Part shown: positions 45,064-56,597 of the stretch, in pieces | How positions within the stretch are numbered: the first letter of the stretch is position 1 | How the letters are laid out: the number at the start of each line of letters is the position of its first letter | Assembly: GCA_963798085.1 (NCBI GenBank) | Contig: CAWCRS010000007.1 | Location: forward strand, 1,312,001 to 1,376,000 | Direction: 5' to 3' | Origin: an uncultured Gemmatimonadales bacterium | GTDB lineage: Bacteria; Gemmatimonadota; Gemmatimonadetes; Longimicrobiales; RSA9 | Length of the DNA stretch: 64,000 nt | Notes under the pieces: model-generated | Seen by the model: only the letters and a program-made list of their open reading frames with translations | Told to the model about the DNA's origin: nothing | Databases searched by the model: none | Position numbers and translations under genes: made by a program

Positions 45064-45984
45064 ATGAGCTGGTTCCGGAAGCCGGATCGCAAGCTGAAGT
45101 CGGAAGACCGGCGGGATCTGCCGACCAATGTGTTCGAGAAGTGCGCCTCGTGCGGGGTGATCCTGTACACGGCGAAGCTCGAGCAGAACAGCTTCGTGTG
45201 CCCGGAGTGCAGCTACCACAATCGCATCGGTGCGGAGGAGTATCTGCGCCTGCTGCTGGATGGCGGTGAATACGAGGAGTTGTGGGCGGAGCTGCGCAGT
45301 GCCGACCCACTGGGATTCGTCGATCTGAAGCCCTACACGGAGCGGCTCGAGGCGGCGGAGAAGAAGACGGGTCAGGGTGATGCGGTGCGCACGGTGACGG
45401 GCGCTCTGGACGGCATGCCGCTGGGTCTGGGCGTGATGGACTTCGAGTTCATCGGCGGCAGTATGGGTTCGGTGGTAGGCGAGAAGATGGCGAGGCTCGG
45501 GCGGCGCTCGCTGGAGCAGCACGAGCCGCTCATCATCGTGAGCGCCTCGGGTGGCGCACGCATGATGGAAGGCATCCTTTCGCTCATGCAAATGGCGAAG
45601 ACGGCGGCCGTGCTGGCGGACCTGCACGAGGCCGGCATTCCGTTCATCTCGATTCTGACGGATCCGACAACTGGCGGTGTCACGGCTTCCTACGCCATGC
45701 TGGGTGACATCAACATCGCGGAGCCGGGTGCGCTGATCGGTTTTGCCGGGCCGCGCGTGATCGAGCAGACCATCAAGCAGGAGCTGCCGGAAGGTTTCCA
45801 GACGGCGGAATTCCTGCTGACGCACGGCATGCTGGACCTGATTGTGGACCGGCGCGAGTTGAAAGCGATGGTCGCCCGCCTGCTGCGGCACATGCAGGGA
45901 CTGCCGCCGGCCGCGGGCACAAACCATCAGAATGGCGGGGCGCCGAACGGCACGGTGAAGCCGAACGGCGGGCCCGTGGGTTGA
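45064..45984 (+). CDS. accD: Acetyl-CoA carboxylase carboxyltransferase beta subunit
   Basis: Zinc finger CASC..CPEC, FIGGSMGSVVGE, SGGARM, PTTGGV, FAGPRVI. Confidence 0.96.
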   Translation: MSWFRKPDRKLKSEDRRDLPTNVFEKCASCGVILYTAKLEQNSFVCPECSYHNRIGAEEYLRLLLDGGEYEELWAELRSADPLGFVDLKPYTERLEAAEKKTGQGDAVRTVTGALDGMPLGLGVMDFEFIGGSMGSVVGEKMARLGRRSLEQHEPLIIVSASGGARMMEGILSLMQMAKTAAVLADLHEAGIPFISILTDPTTGGVTASYAMLGDINIAEPGALIGFAGPRVIEQTIKQELPEGFQTAEFLLTHGMLDLIVDRRELKAMVARLLRHMQGLPPAAGTNHQNGGAPNGTVKPNGGPVG

Positions 45985-47315
45985 GCGAACTCACCTACCC
46001 GGACCTCGTTCGCGAGCTGTTCCCTCGCCTGACCGGTGGCATACGCTGGGGTCTGGACCGCACCGAGCGCATGCTCGCCGCAGTGGGCAATCCGCACGAG
46101 CAGTATCCCTCGCTGCACGTGGGCGGTACCAACGGCAAGGGCTCGGTGGCGGCGACCATGGCCAGCGTGCTCCAGGCCAGCGGCCGGCGAACGGGCCTCT
46201 ACACATCGCCGCATCTCTGCACGTTCCGCGAGCGCATCCAGATCGACGGCCAGCCCATTGGCGAAGCGGAGCTGGTGGCGGCGGCGAACGAGCTGTGGCC
46301 GCACATCGGGCGGGAAGAGCCATCCTTTTTCGAGGCGACAACGGCGATCGCACTGCTCGCGCTGGCCAGAGCTCGCGTTCAGGCCGCGGTCATCGAAGTG
46401 GGTCTGGGCGGCCGGCTGGACGCGACGAACGTGATCCGCCCGCAGGTATCGGTACTGACCAACGTCGCCCTCGATCATGTGCAGCTGCTGGGCCCCACGC
46501 TGGAAAGTGTGGCGACAGAAAAGGCGGGTATCATCAAGCCGGGTGTACCGGTGGTCACCGCGGAGGGCGAGGGCGCGCCGCTGGAGATTTTCCGGGCGCG
46601 CGCGCAGGCGATGCGTGCGCCGTTCTCGCGGCTCACACCGGAACAGGTGACGCTGTTGCGCACCGGCCTCGATGGCACGACGCTCGACATCGATGACGCG
46701 GTGTGGGGCCGGCTCCGCCTGCACTCGCCACTCCCGGGCCGGCATCAGGCGACCAACACGGCGTTGGCGGTGCGCGCACTGGCGCTGCTGGATGCGCCGC
46801 TGCGACCCGATGCAGACGCGGTGCGCGCAGGTGTGTCCGGCGTGCGCTGGCCCGGCCGTTTTCAGGTGGAACGTGTACGCGACCGCACATGGGTCTTCAA
46901 TGTGGCGCACAACGTTGCCGGTGTGCAGGTGCTGAGCAGTGCCCTCGAAGATCTGCCATTGCCTCGCCCGCGTGTCAGTCTCGTGGGTGTGCTGGGCGAC
47001 AAGGACTGGCGCAACATGCTCGGTCCGATCTACGCGGTGAGCGATGCCGTGGTGTTGACGCTGCCGCCCACCGCACCCGAGGACCGGCGCTGGGATCCTG
47101 CGGCGGTACTCGCGGAAGCCCCCGCGGCGCACGCCAGCGCGATTCCCGATTTCGGCGCGGCGCTCATGCGTGCCTGGCAGCTCGCAGGCCAGGGCGGCAA
47201 CGGCACCATCATTGTCACCGGTTCCTTTCACACGGTGGGTGATGCGCTGATCGCGCTGGGCATGGCGCCGTTCGGCATTAATGCCGACTTGCCGGTGCCG
47301 ATGTTCGTGGCCTAG
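45981..47315 (+). CDS. folC: Folylpolyglutamate synthase/dihydrofolate synthase
   Basis: HVGGTNGKGS, YTSPHL, EVGLGGRLDATN, WPGR, AHN, TGS. Confidence 0.95.
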   Translation: MSELTYPDLVRELFPRLTGGIRWGLDRTERMLAAVGNPHEQYPSLHVGGTNGKGSVAATMASVLQASGRRTGLYTSPHLCTFRERIQIDGQPIGEAELVAAANELWPHIGREEPSFFEATTAIALLALARARVQAAVIEVGLGGRLDATNVIRPQVSVLTNVALDHVQLLGPTLESVATEKAGIIKPGVPVVTAEGEGAPLEIFRARAQAMRAPFSRLTPEQVTLLRTGLDGTTLDIDDAVWGRLRLHSPLPGRHQATNTALAVRALALLDAPLRPDADAVRAGVSGVRWPGRFQVERVRDRTWVFNVAHNVAGVQVLSSALEDLPLPRPRVSLVGVLGDKDWRNMLGPIYAVSDAVVLTLPPTAPEDRRWDPAAVLAEAPAAHASAIPDFGAALMRAWQLAGQGGNGTIIVTGSFHTVGDALIALGMAPFGINADLPVPMFVA

Positions 47316-47325
47316 ATTCGCGCGA

Positions 47326-48603
47326 ATGTCGAGTCAGGCGAGCCTGCCGGGTTTCCGGGATTTCTACCCGCCAGAGTTCGCGGTTCGTACACACATCATG
47401 AACGCATGGCGGGAAGCGGCGCGCCGGCACGCGTTCGAGGAATACGACGGCCCTCCTCTCGAAGCCCTCGAGCTGTACACGGACAAGAGCGGCGCGGAAA
47501 TCGTCGGACAACTCTACAACTTCGAAGACAAGGGCGGCCGCGCCGTGGCGCTGCGCCCGGAAATGACGCCCACACTGGCGCGCATGGTGGCAGCGCGCGC
47601 AGGCGGGCTGCGCAAGCCGATCCGCTGGTTCTCCATGCCGCAGCTGTTCCGCTATGAGCGCACGCAGCGTGGCCGACTGCGCGAGCATTTCCAGTGGAAC
47701 GTCGACATCATCGGCGAGACCGGCATTGCGGCCGACGCGGAAGTGCTGGCAACCGGCCTGGACGCGCTGCGCCTGCTCGGCCTGGGATCCGACGCGATCG
47801 TGGCGCGCTACAACGATCGCCGGCTGATGGAGCGACTGCTGTTGCACGCGGGCGTGGCCGACACGCTGCTGGGCGCCGCGTACGCCGCCATTGACAAGCT
47901 GGGCCGGGAGCCGAAGGAGCGCGTGCACGAGCGCATGCAGCAGTCAGGCATTGCGGGCAATGTGGCGGGGCGCGTGCTCGCACTGTTCGCGGCGCACGAC
48001 ATGGAAGCCCTGCGTCTGGCGACGACGGGCGTGCCCGGCATTGAGGAAGACCTGGCGCGGCTCGATGCGTACCGCGCACACCTCGTCGCGCTGGGTCACG
48101 GCGACACGGTGGCGTTCGACGTCACGATCGTGCGTGGCCTGGCGTACTACACGGGCACCGTATTCGAGATCTTCGACCGCGCCGGTGCGTTGCGCGCGAT
48201 CTGCGGCGGCGGCCGCTACGATCGGCTGGTGGGCGCACTGGGTGGCGGCGATCTGCCCGCAGTGGGCTTCGGCATGGGCGATGTCGTGCTCGCCGAGCTG
48301 CTGGCCGAGCGCAAGCTGCTGCCCGATGTCGCACCCCACGTCGACTACTTCGTTGTTGTTGTGAGCGGCGTCACGCCCGGGCTGCCGCAGCGTATTGCCA
48401 CCCAACTGCGGGCCCAGGGGTACTCCGTCACATACGCGTTCCGCGAACAGGCGGTGGGCCGTCAGTTCAAGGAAGCGGATGCGCGCGGTGCCGTGCGGGC
48501 CCTTGTGGTGGGGCCCGACGAGGAAGCCCGCGGTGAAGTCGTCGTCCGCGAAATGGCGACAGGCGAGGAATCACGCATGGCGCTGGCGGAGCTGGCAGGG
48601 TGA
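47326..48603 (+). CDS. hisS: Histidine-tRNA ligase
   Basis: GFRDFYP, LRPEMT, FRYER..GRLREH, RGLAYYTG, GGGRYD. Confidence 0.96.
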   Translation: MSSQASLPGFRDFYPPEFAVRTHIMNAWREAARRHAFEEYDGPPLEALELYTDKSGAEIVGQLYNFEDKGGRAVALRPEMTPTLARMVAARAGGLRKPIRWFSMPQLFRYERTQRGRLREHFQWNVDIIGETGIAADAEVLATGLDALRLLGLGSDAIVARYNDRRLMERLLLHAGVADTLLGAAYAAIDKLGREPKERVHERMQQSGIAGNVAGRVLALFAAHDMEALRLATTGVPGIEEDLARLDAYRAHLVALGHGDTVAFDVTIVRGLAYYTGTVFEIFDRAGALRAICGGGRYDRLVGALGGGDLPAVGFGMGDVVLAELLAERKLLPDVAPHVDYFVVVVSGVTPGLPQRIATQLRAQGYSVTYAFREQAVGRQFKEADARGAVRALVVGPDEEARGEVVVREMATGEESRMALAELAG

Positions 48604-48619
48604 ACGAACGCGGTGTTTG

Positions 48620-48655
48620 CAGTTGCCGGCGCGAGCCCCAGCCCCAGAACCGGTG
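48620..48655. repeat. Short remnant of the CCCAGCCCC repeat family
   Basis: CGAGCCCCAGCCCCAGAAC resembles the right arms at 3690 and 17840. Confidence 0.45.
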
Positions 48656-48691
48656 CGTAGAGTCATGAATCGAACGACCGCCCCGAAAGCC

Positions 48692-50155
48692 ATGGTTGAT
48701 GAAAAGAAGCTGACGACACGCCAGGCGGATTTCTCGGCGTGGTACAACGAGGTCGTGCTGCGCGCGGAGCTGGCGGACTACTCTCCCGTGCGCGGCTGCA
48801 TGGTGATCCGGCCCTACGGCTATGCGATCTGGGAGAACATGCAGCGCGCGCTGGACGACATGTTCAAGGCGACCGGCCACCAGAACGCGTACTTCCCGCT
48901 GCTCATTCCCATGAGCTTCATCGAGCGTGAGAAGGAGCATGTGAAGGGATTCGCACCCGAAGTCGCGGTGGTCACGCACGCGGGCGGCAAGGAGCTGGAA
49001 GAACCGCTGGTCATCCGTCCGACTTCGGAAACGATCATCTACGCGATGTTCGCGAAGTGGGTGCAGAGCTATCGCGATCTGCCGCTGCTGATCAACCAGT
49101 GGGCCAACGTGGTGCGCTGGGAGCTGCGCACGCGTCTGTTCCTGCGCACGTCGGAGTTCCTGTGGCAGGAAGGCCACACGGCGCACGCGAGCGAGGCCGA
49201 GGCCGAGGAAGAGACGCTGCGCATCCTGGGGCTCTATCGCAGCTTCATGGAAGACTGGATGGCGATGCCGCCGCTGACGGGCCGCAAATCGGACTCCGAG
49301 CGGTTCGCGGGGGCACTGCGCACGTATGCCTGTGAAGCACTGATGCAGGATAACCGCGCATTACAGGCGGGCACCTCGCACAACCTGGGACAGAACTTCG
49401 CGCGCCAGTTCGAGCTGAAATTCCAGTCGGAGTCGGGCAGCGAGGAGTTCGCCTGGAATACATCATGGGGCGTGTCCACCCGGCTGGTGGGCGGACTGAT
49501 CATGACGCACGGCGATGATGCCGGCGCCATCATGCCGCCCCGGCTGGCCCCGGTGCAGGTGGTGATCGTACCCATCTACCGGAGCGATGACGAGCGCGGT
49601 GCAGTGCTGGAAAAGGCCAGTGAGGTGGCCGCACTGCTGCGCCAGGAATCGCTGCGTGTGCAGGTCGACGCGCGTGACACGATCAAGCCGGGCTCCAAGT
49701 TCTACGAATGGGAGCGCAAGGGCGTGCCCATCAGGCTGGAGATCGGGCCGCGCGACATCGAGCACGGCCAGGTCACGGTCGTGCTGCGCAGCACACCGGC
49801 CGATCTGCCGCGCAAGGAAGCGATGCCGGAGGCCAATGCGGGGCCGCAGCTGGCGGAGCGGCTGCGCCGTTACCAGAACGCACTGCTGGCCGCGGCGAAG
49901 GAGAGGCGGGAAGCGAATTCCTATCGTGGTGTTACCGAATGGGAGCGCTTCCGCGAGATCATTGAGGGCACGGGCGGTTTCGTGTACGCCGGCTGGTGCG
50001 GCAATGCGCGCTGCGAGGAACGCGTGAAACAGGAGACGAAGGCGACGATCCGGGTCCTGCCCGATGCGGAGTTCCGCTCGCCGGAAGCGCCGGCAAAATG
50101 TCTGGTGTGCGGCGCGGCTGCGGCGCACGAGGCCGTCTGGGCCCGTGCCTACTGA
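48692..50155 (+). CDS. proS: Proline-tRNA ligase (archaeal/eukaryote-like type)
   Basis: RPTSET, NQWANVVRWE, EFLWQEGH, LQAGTSH, SWGVSTR, C-terminal Cys domain ending ARAY. Confidence 0.96.
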   Translation: MVDEKKLTTRQADFSAWYNEVVLRAELADYSPVRGCMVIRPYGYAIWENMQRALDDMFKATGHQNAYFPLLIPMSFIEREKEHVKGFAPEVAVVTHAGGKELEEPLVIRPTSETIIYAMFAKWVQSYRDLPLLINQWANVVRWELRTRLFLRTSEFLWQEGHTAHASEAEAEEETLRILGLYRSFMEDWMAMPPLTGRKSDSERFAGALRTYACEALMQDNRALQAGTSHNLGQNFARQFELKFQSESGSEEFAWNTSWGVSTRLVGGLIMTHGDDAGAIMPPRLAPVQVVIVPIYRSDDERGAVLEKASEVAALLRQESLRVQVDARDTIKPGSKFYEWERKGVPIRLEIGPRDIEHGQVTVVLRSTPADLPRKEAMPEANAGPQLAERLRRYQNALLAAAKERREANSYRGVTEWERFREIIEGTGGFVYAGWCGNARCEERVKQETKATIRVLPDAEFRSPEAPAKCLVCGAAAAHEAVWARAY

Positions 50156-50159
50156 GGCA

Positions 50160-51440
50160 ATGCAACCGGACGCGTTCAGCTACAGCAACGGGCGACTGCA
50201 CTGTGAGGCGATGCCGGCGGAAACGCTGGCGCGCGAGTTCGGCACGCCGCTCTACGTCTACAGCCGCGCCCTGATCGAGAACCGGTACCGCGATTTCGCC
50301 CGTGCGTTCGCGCCCGTGAATCCCCTCATTGCCTATGCCGTGAAGGCGAACGGCAATCTCTCGGTTCTGCGCCTGCTGGCAGGATTGGGTGCGGGCGCGG
50401 ACATCGTGAGTGGCGGCGAGCTGTACCGCGCGCTCGCCGCCGGCATTCCCGCCGAGCGCATCGTCTTCAGTGGTGTGGGCAAGACACGCGCCGAGCTGGC
50501 GCAGGCGATCGAAGCGGGCATCTACGGCTTCAACGTGGAGAGCGAAGGCGAGCTCCGGCTGATCTCCACCGTGGCTGCAGAACTGCGCGGGGCGGCGCCC
50601 GTTGCCATCCGCGTGAATCCCGATGTGGAAGCGCCCACGCCGCACCATTACACGCGCACCGGCCACATGCCCTCCAAATTCGGGGTGCCGTGGGACGAGG
50701 CGCTCGACCTTTACCGTGTGGCGATGGGGCTGCCCGCCATCGTCGTGCGCGGCATTGATGCGCACATTGGCAGCCAGATCCTGGAAGCGGAGCCCTACCG
50801 CGTGGCCATCCACCGTGTGCTCGAGCTGGTGACAACGCTGCGGCGGGATGGCGTGTACCTCGAGTACATCGATGTGGGTGGCGGCTTCGGCGTAGCGTAC
50901 GACGATGAGGCAGGCCCGGACGCCGCCGACTTTGCGAGCCGGCTGCTGCCCGGGCTGCTGGGCAGCGGCCTGCGCGTCGTGCTCGAGCCAGGCCGCTTCA
51001 TTGTGGGGCCCGCCGGGGTGCTGCTGACACGCGTGTTGTACGTGAAGCGGATGGGCGCCAAGACGTTCGTGGTGACGGACGCGGGCATGAACGATCTGCT
51101 GCGGCCCAGCCATTATGCCAGCTACCACCGCATTGATCCGGTCACCCGACACACGGGGCGCGAGCAGCTGGCCGCCGATGTGGTCGGGCCGGTTTGCGAG
51201 AGTGGCGATTTCCTGGGGCTGGACCGCGTCATCGAGCGCCCCGAGCCGGGCGAGCTGCTGGCCATTGGAACCGCGGGCGCGTACGGCTTTGCCATGGCAT
51301 CGACGTACAATTCCCGACCTCGCCCGGCAGAAGTCATCGTGGACGGTGATCGCGCGCAGCTGGCCAGGCGGCGCGAGAGCTACGAGGAAATGATCGAGCC
51401 CGAGCTGGACGGAGCGCCGGCCGGCACGCCCGCATACTGA
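50160..51440 (+). CDS. lysA: Diaminopimelate decarboxylase
   Basis: YAVKAN, SKFG, HIGSQI, DVGGG, EPGR, GPVCESGD, GAYG..M.S.YN. Confidence 0.96.
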   Translation: MQPDAFSYSNGRLHCEAMPAETLAREFGTPLYVYSRALIENRYRDFARAFAPVNPLIAYAVKANGNLSVLRLLAGLGAGADIVSGGELYRALAAGIPAERIVFSGVGKTRAELAQAIEAGIYGFNVESEGELRLISTVAAELRGAAPVAIRVNPDVEAPTPHHYTRTGHMPSKFGVPWDEALDLYRVAMGLPAIVVRGIDAHIGSQILEAEPYRVAIHRVLELVTTLRRDGVYLEYIDVGGGFGVAYDDEAGPDAADFASRLLPGLLGSGLRVVLEPGRFIVGPAGVLLTRVLYVKRMGAKTFVVTDAGMNDLLRPSHYASYHRIDPVTRHTGREQLAADVVGPVCESGDFLGLDRVIERPEPGELLAIGTAGAYGFAMASTYNSRPRPAEVIVDGDRAQLARRRESYEEMIEPELDGAPAGTPAY

Positions 51441-52983
<1,543 letters not shown>

Positions 52984-52995
52984 CCCGCCAACGGA

Positions 52996-53410
52996 TTCAC
53001 CGCGGAGAGCGCGGGCGCGGAGGGCGCAGAGGACAGATTCAGTTCTCACACAGAGGCCACAGGGGGGCTGAGGACGGATCAACGGATCCGTCATCAGCGC
53101 GACAGGCTGCACTGCGGCGATCCTGGCGGAAACTGACTTGATGTTAACGGATCACGGATTCACTCGTCGAAGCACGAGTTGGCCGGCTCCACAACACACA
53201 ACCCGCGGTCCGCTATTCCGTTCGAAACAGATCCGCAAGCCTCTGTGTCATGCTCAGATCGTTGCCGTTTCCGTTCCAATCAATTCCCGATCCGTCCACA
53301 GAGTCCTCTGACCCTCTGTGTGAGAAAAATCTGTTGTCGTCTGCATGATCCGCAGAGATGATCGCTCCCGGCGGCGAGTCTCCGAGTCCTCCGCCCGCTC
53401 CGCGGTGGAA
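52996..53410. repeat. Nested long inverted-repeat element between convergent genes
   Basis: Outer arms CACCGCGGAG (52998)/CTCCGCGGTG (53398). Inner arms 53033-53080/53289-53334 share TTCTCACACAGAGG and GGACGGATC. Multiple ACGGAT motifs. Confidence 0.85.
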
Positions 53411-53430
53411 AGGTATCGATGGGGGGAGGG

Positions 53431-53934
53431 TCAGCAGCCTGCCTGGCCGGTCTGGCAGCGTGCGACGATGACGGAGCGCGGGGCGGAGACGCGGGACTGC
53501 GAGCCGGGGCCGAAGGCGATGCCGTAGATGTCCAACTGTGTGTTAGTGACGAGCGAGGCGGGCACGGTGAAGGAGAAGGTCTGGGTGGTGTCGCTGATCT
53601 GCGCGAGGTCGATGGTGGCGGAATCGAGGGTCGTGGCCAGGCCGCCGGCGAAGCGGCGGACCACGTAGCCGACGCCGGCCAGGCGAGTGCCGCCCAGGTC
53701 GCGGGCTTCCACGCGCACGGCCATGGGTTTGCCGGCCAGCACGGTGATGCCCTGGCGGGGTTCGACCACGGTCACGCTGAGCGATGCCTGCACTTCCGGC
53801 TCGATGGGCGAAGGCCGCACGCGGTCGAAACTGCAGCCGGCAAGACCGGCGAGCAGCGCCAGCGAAAGCGGCGAAGCGGTCAGACCTCGCCGCAGCCTGC
53901 ACCAATGCACCACGGGGACACGGGGCGCAATCAA
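53431..53934 (-). CDS. Hypothetical lipoprotein, beta-rich (possibly Ig-like)
   Basis: LAGLAGC lipobox. Start codon uncertain. Confidence 0.6.
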   Translation of the reverse strand: MIAPRVPVVHWCRLRRGLTASPLSLALLAGLAGCSFDRVRPSPIEPEVQASLSVTVVEPRQGITVLAGKPMAVRVEARDLGGTRLAGVGYVVRRFAGGLATTLDSATIDLAQISDTTQTFSFTVPASLVTNTQLDIYGIAFGPGSQSRVSAPRSVIVARCQTGQAGC

Positions 53935-53951
53935 TCCTGGCGGGCGGGCGC

Positions 53952-54323
53952 TCAGGGCATCCTCCCGCTGTCCGGACTGGTGCCGGGCTTGGGGCTCGGG
54001 TTGACGCGACGGTCAATGGTGTCCCAGACGGCCGCCATGAACTCGGCATCGGCGTTGTGCGCGCGCACGAACGTCATGAGCATGGAGTCGGTGACGCCGG
54101 CCTGCGTCAGAATCTCGCGTTTGCGGGCATCGAAAGCGTCCGAGTCGTGCACGGTGCGCTGGGCCTGACGCAGGTCCGCCATCACGCGCACGAAGGCAGC
54201 GCGGTCCATGGCGGTTGGCTGGCGGTGACCGCAGGCGGCCACGAGTGTGGCGAACAGCAGCACATGGAAGCGGACGGACAACGCGGGCGCACTCCTTGAC
54301 TGCGTGTGTAACCGATGCTTCAT
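53952..54323 (-). CDS. Hypothetical helical lipoprotein
   Basis: LVAAC lipobox, FVRVMADL, REILTQAGVT. Confidence 0.6.
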   Translation of the reverse strand: MKHRLHTQSRSAPALSVRFHVLLFATLVAACGHRQPTAMDRAAFVRVMADLRQAQRTVHDSDAFDARKREILTQAGVTDSMLMTFVRAHNADAEFMAAVWDTIDRRVNPSPKPGTSPDSGRMP

Positions 54324-54414
54324 CGCTAATATCCCACGAACGCCGCAGACGAACAAGACGTGACTGCCGCGTGCCTGGTTCCCGGCCCGGCCCGGGCCTC
54401 ACCTTGGACGATTC

Positions 54415-56577
54415 ATGCGTAATCTCCCGCTGCGTCGCGTGCTCTTCTGGAGCAGCGTGCCGCTGCTTGCTGGCGCAGCCGTGCTGGCCAGCGCGCGCGG
54501 CGGCACGATGCAGCAGCGCAGCGATTCGCCATGCCAGCTGCCGGACACGCTGGATGGATCCGTCGGTTCCGAGATCTACTGTTCGCCGCTGGTGCCGGTG
54601 CCCGCGCTGCGTCACGCGCGTGCCGTGCTCGAGTTGACGGCGCCATCCTCGCCGTTCGGCGCGGCCGTGAGCGCGGACGGCATCGCCAGGTATGAGGCCG
54701 CCATCGTCATCGAGGGATTGCCGCGAGCGGATGCGCTGGGCGCGTACCACGCGTACATCGCGTGGGCCTACACGCTCACGCAGGACGAACCGATCCGCCT
54801 GGGCCGCGTCGACAATGGCCGCACTGTCGTGGCCTCGACACCGCGCAATCAGTTCCGCGTCGTGGTCACGGCGGAGGCCTCGCCGGACGCGACGCAGCCT
54901 GCGGGTCGCGAAATACTGCGTGGCACCTCGCCCAGTGCGCGACTGCTCTCGCATCGCGACATGATCCGCATGAGCACACCCGGCTTCGGACGCGACATGG
55001 GTGCGCACATGCAGGGCATGAGCGGCTGGAGCATGCCGCCCATGGATCCGGGCATGCCGTCCATGCCCGGGCTCGACGCGCTGCTGCCTGATGTCGAGCC
55101 GTGGCTGCCGCACGCGGACAGTGCGCCATTCGTCGAGCCATCGCGCGTGGTTCGCCTGGCATCGGGTGACACGCTTCGCCTGGAAGCGGGGCTGGTGCGC
55201 CGTCGAGTGGGGCAGCGTACGCTCACGATGTACGCCTTCAACCGGCAGCAGCCCGGACCGCTGATCCGGGTCGACGAAGGCGCGACGATCATCGTCGCCT
55301 TCCACAATGCGCTGGACCGGCCCAGCAGCGTGCACTGGCACGGTGTGCGTCTGGAGAATCGCTACGACGGCGTGGTGGGCGTGACCCAGGAGGCAGTGCC
55401 GCCCGGTGGCTCGTTCGTCTACCACGTGCATTTCCGCGATGCCGGGATCTACTGGTACCACCCGCACGTGCGCGAAGACATCGAGCAGGATCTCGGTCTC
55501 TACGGCAACATGCTGGTGCAGCCGGCCCTCGCCGGTGCGTACGGCCCCGCGCATCGCGAGGAAGTGGTGACGCTGGACGATTTCCTCATGGGCGACAGCG
55601 GGCCCGTGCCGTACGGCGACGACGCGCCCACGCACACGCTCATGGGGCGCTTCGGCAATGTCTTCCTGATCAATGGCGAGCTGCGCTACACGCTCACCGT
55701 GCAGCGCGGCGAAGTGGTGCGTTTCTACTTCACGAACGTGGCGAACAGCCGCATCTTCAACATCTCGTTCGCTGATGCGCCCATGAAGATCGTGGGCGGC
55801 GATGTGAGTCGCTACGAGCGGGAGGCGTGGGTGCCCAGCGTAGTGCTGGCGCCGGCCGAGCGCGCCATCGTGGATGTGATGTTCCCGCAATCGGGCGAGG
55901 TTGCGCTCAGCAATCGCATCCAGGCGGTGAATCACATGCTGGGCACGTTCACGCCGGAGGTGGACACGCTGGGCGTGGTAACGGTGCGTCAGACGCCCGC
56001 ATCGCCGGACTATGCTTCCGCCTTCCGGCAGCTGCGCGTCAACAGCGATGTCATCAGCGAAATCGACCGTTTCCGTTCATACATCGCGCGCCCGCCGGAC
56101 AAGACGCTGATCCTGCGCATGGATGCCAGCCGGCTGTCGGGCGCGCTGCTCTCGACCCTGCTCGTGGGCTACGCGCCGCCCGTCGACTGGAACGACGGCA
56201 TGCCCATGATGAACTGGCTGATGACGGCGCAGGACGCGCGCTGGACGCTGCAGGATCCGGCAACGGGCCGCGAGAACATGGACATCGACTGGCACTTCCG
56301 TGTCGGGCAGGTCGTCAAGATCGCACTGGTCAATCCGGCCGGCACGTTCCACCCGATGAGTCATCCCATCCACCTGCACGGGCAGCGCTTCCTGGTGGTG
56401 AAACGCAACGGTGTGCTCAATCCCGATCTCGTGTGGAAGGACACCGTCATCGTGCCCGTCGGCGAAACCGTGGAGATCCTGCTCGAGCTTTCCAATCCCG
56501 GTCGCTGGATGCTGCACTGCCACATTGCCGAGCACCTCGGCGCCGGCATGATGATGACGTTCGATGTGCAGAGCTGA
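54415..56577 (+). CDS. Multicopper oxidase with N-terminal extension
   Basis: HWHG, WYHPH, HPIHLH, HCHIAEHLGAGM; signal peptide; Met-rich linker. Confidence 0.93.
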   Translation: MRNLPLRRVLFWSSVPLLAGAAVLASARGGTMQQRSDSPCQLPDTLDGSVGSEIYCSPLVPVPALRHARAVLELTAPSSPFGAAVSADGIARYEAAIVIEGLPRADALGAYHAYIAWAYTLTQDEPIRLGRVDNGRTVVASTPRNQFRVVVTAEASPDATQPAGREILRGTSPSARLLSHRDMIRMSTPGFGRDMGAHMQGMSGWSMPPMDPGMPSMPGLDALLPDVEPWLPHADSAPFVEPSRVVRLASGDTLRLEAGLVRRRVGQRTLTMYAFNRQQPGPLIRVDEGATIIVAFHNALDRPSSVHWHGVRLENRYDGVVGVTQEAVPPGGSFVYHVHFRDAGIYWYHPHVREDIEQDLGLYGNMLVQPALAGAYGPAHREEVVTLDDFLMGDSGPVPYGDDAPTHTLMGRFGNVFLINGELRYTLTVQRGEVVRFYFTNVANSRIFNISFADAPMKIVGGDVSRYEREAWVPSVVLAPAERAIVDVMFPQSGEVALSNRIQAVNHMLGTFTPEVDTLGVVTVRQTPASPDYASAFRQLRVNSDVISEIDRFRSYIARPPDKTLILRMDASRLSGALLSTLLVGYAPPVDWNDGMPMMNWLMTAQDARWTLQDPATGRENMDIDWHFRVGQVVKIALVNPAGTFHPMSHPIHLHGQRFLVVKRNGVLNPDLVWKDTVIVPVGETVEILLELSNPGRWMLHCHIAEHLGAGMMMTFDVQS

Positions 56578-56597
56578 AACGGCGTCGTCGCCTGCGC

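Noticed and set aside
54013..55935. 640-aa minus-strand ORF
   Set aside because: Antisense shadow of the multicopper oxidase gene.
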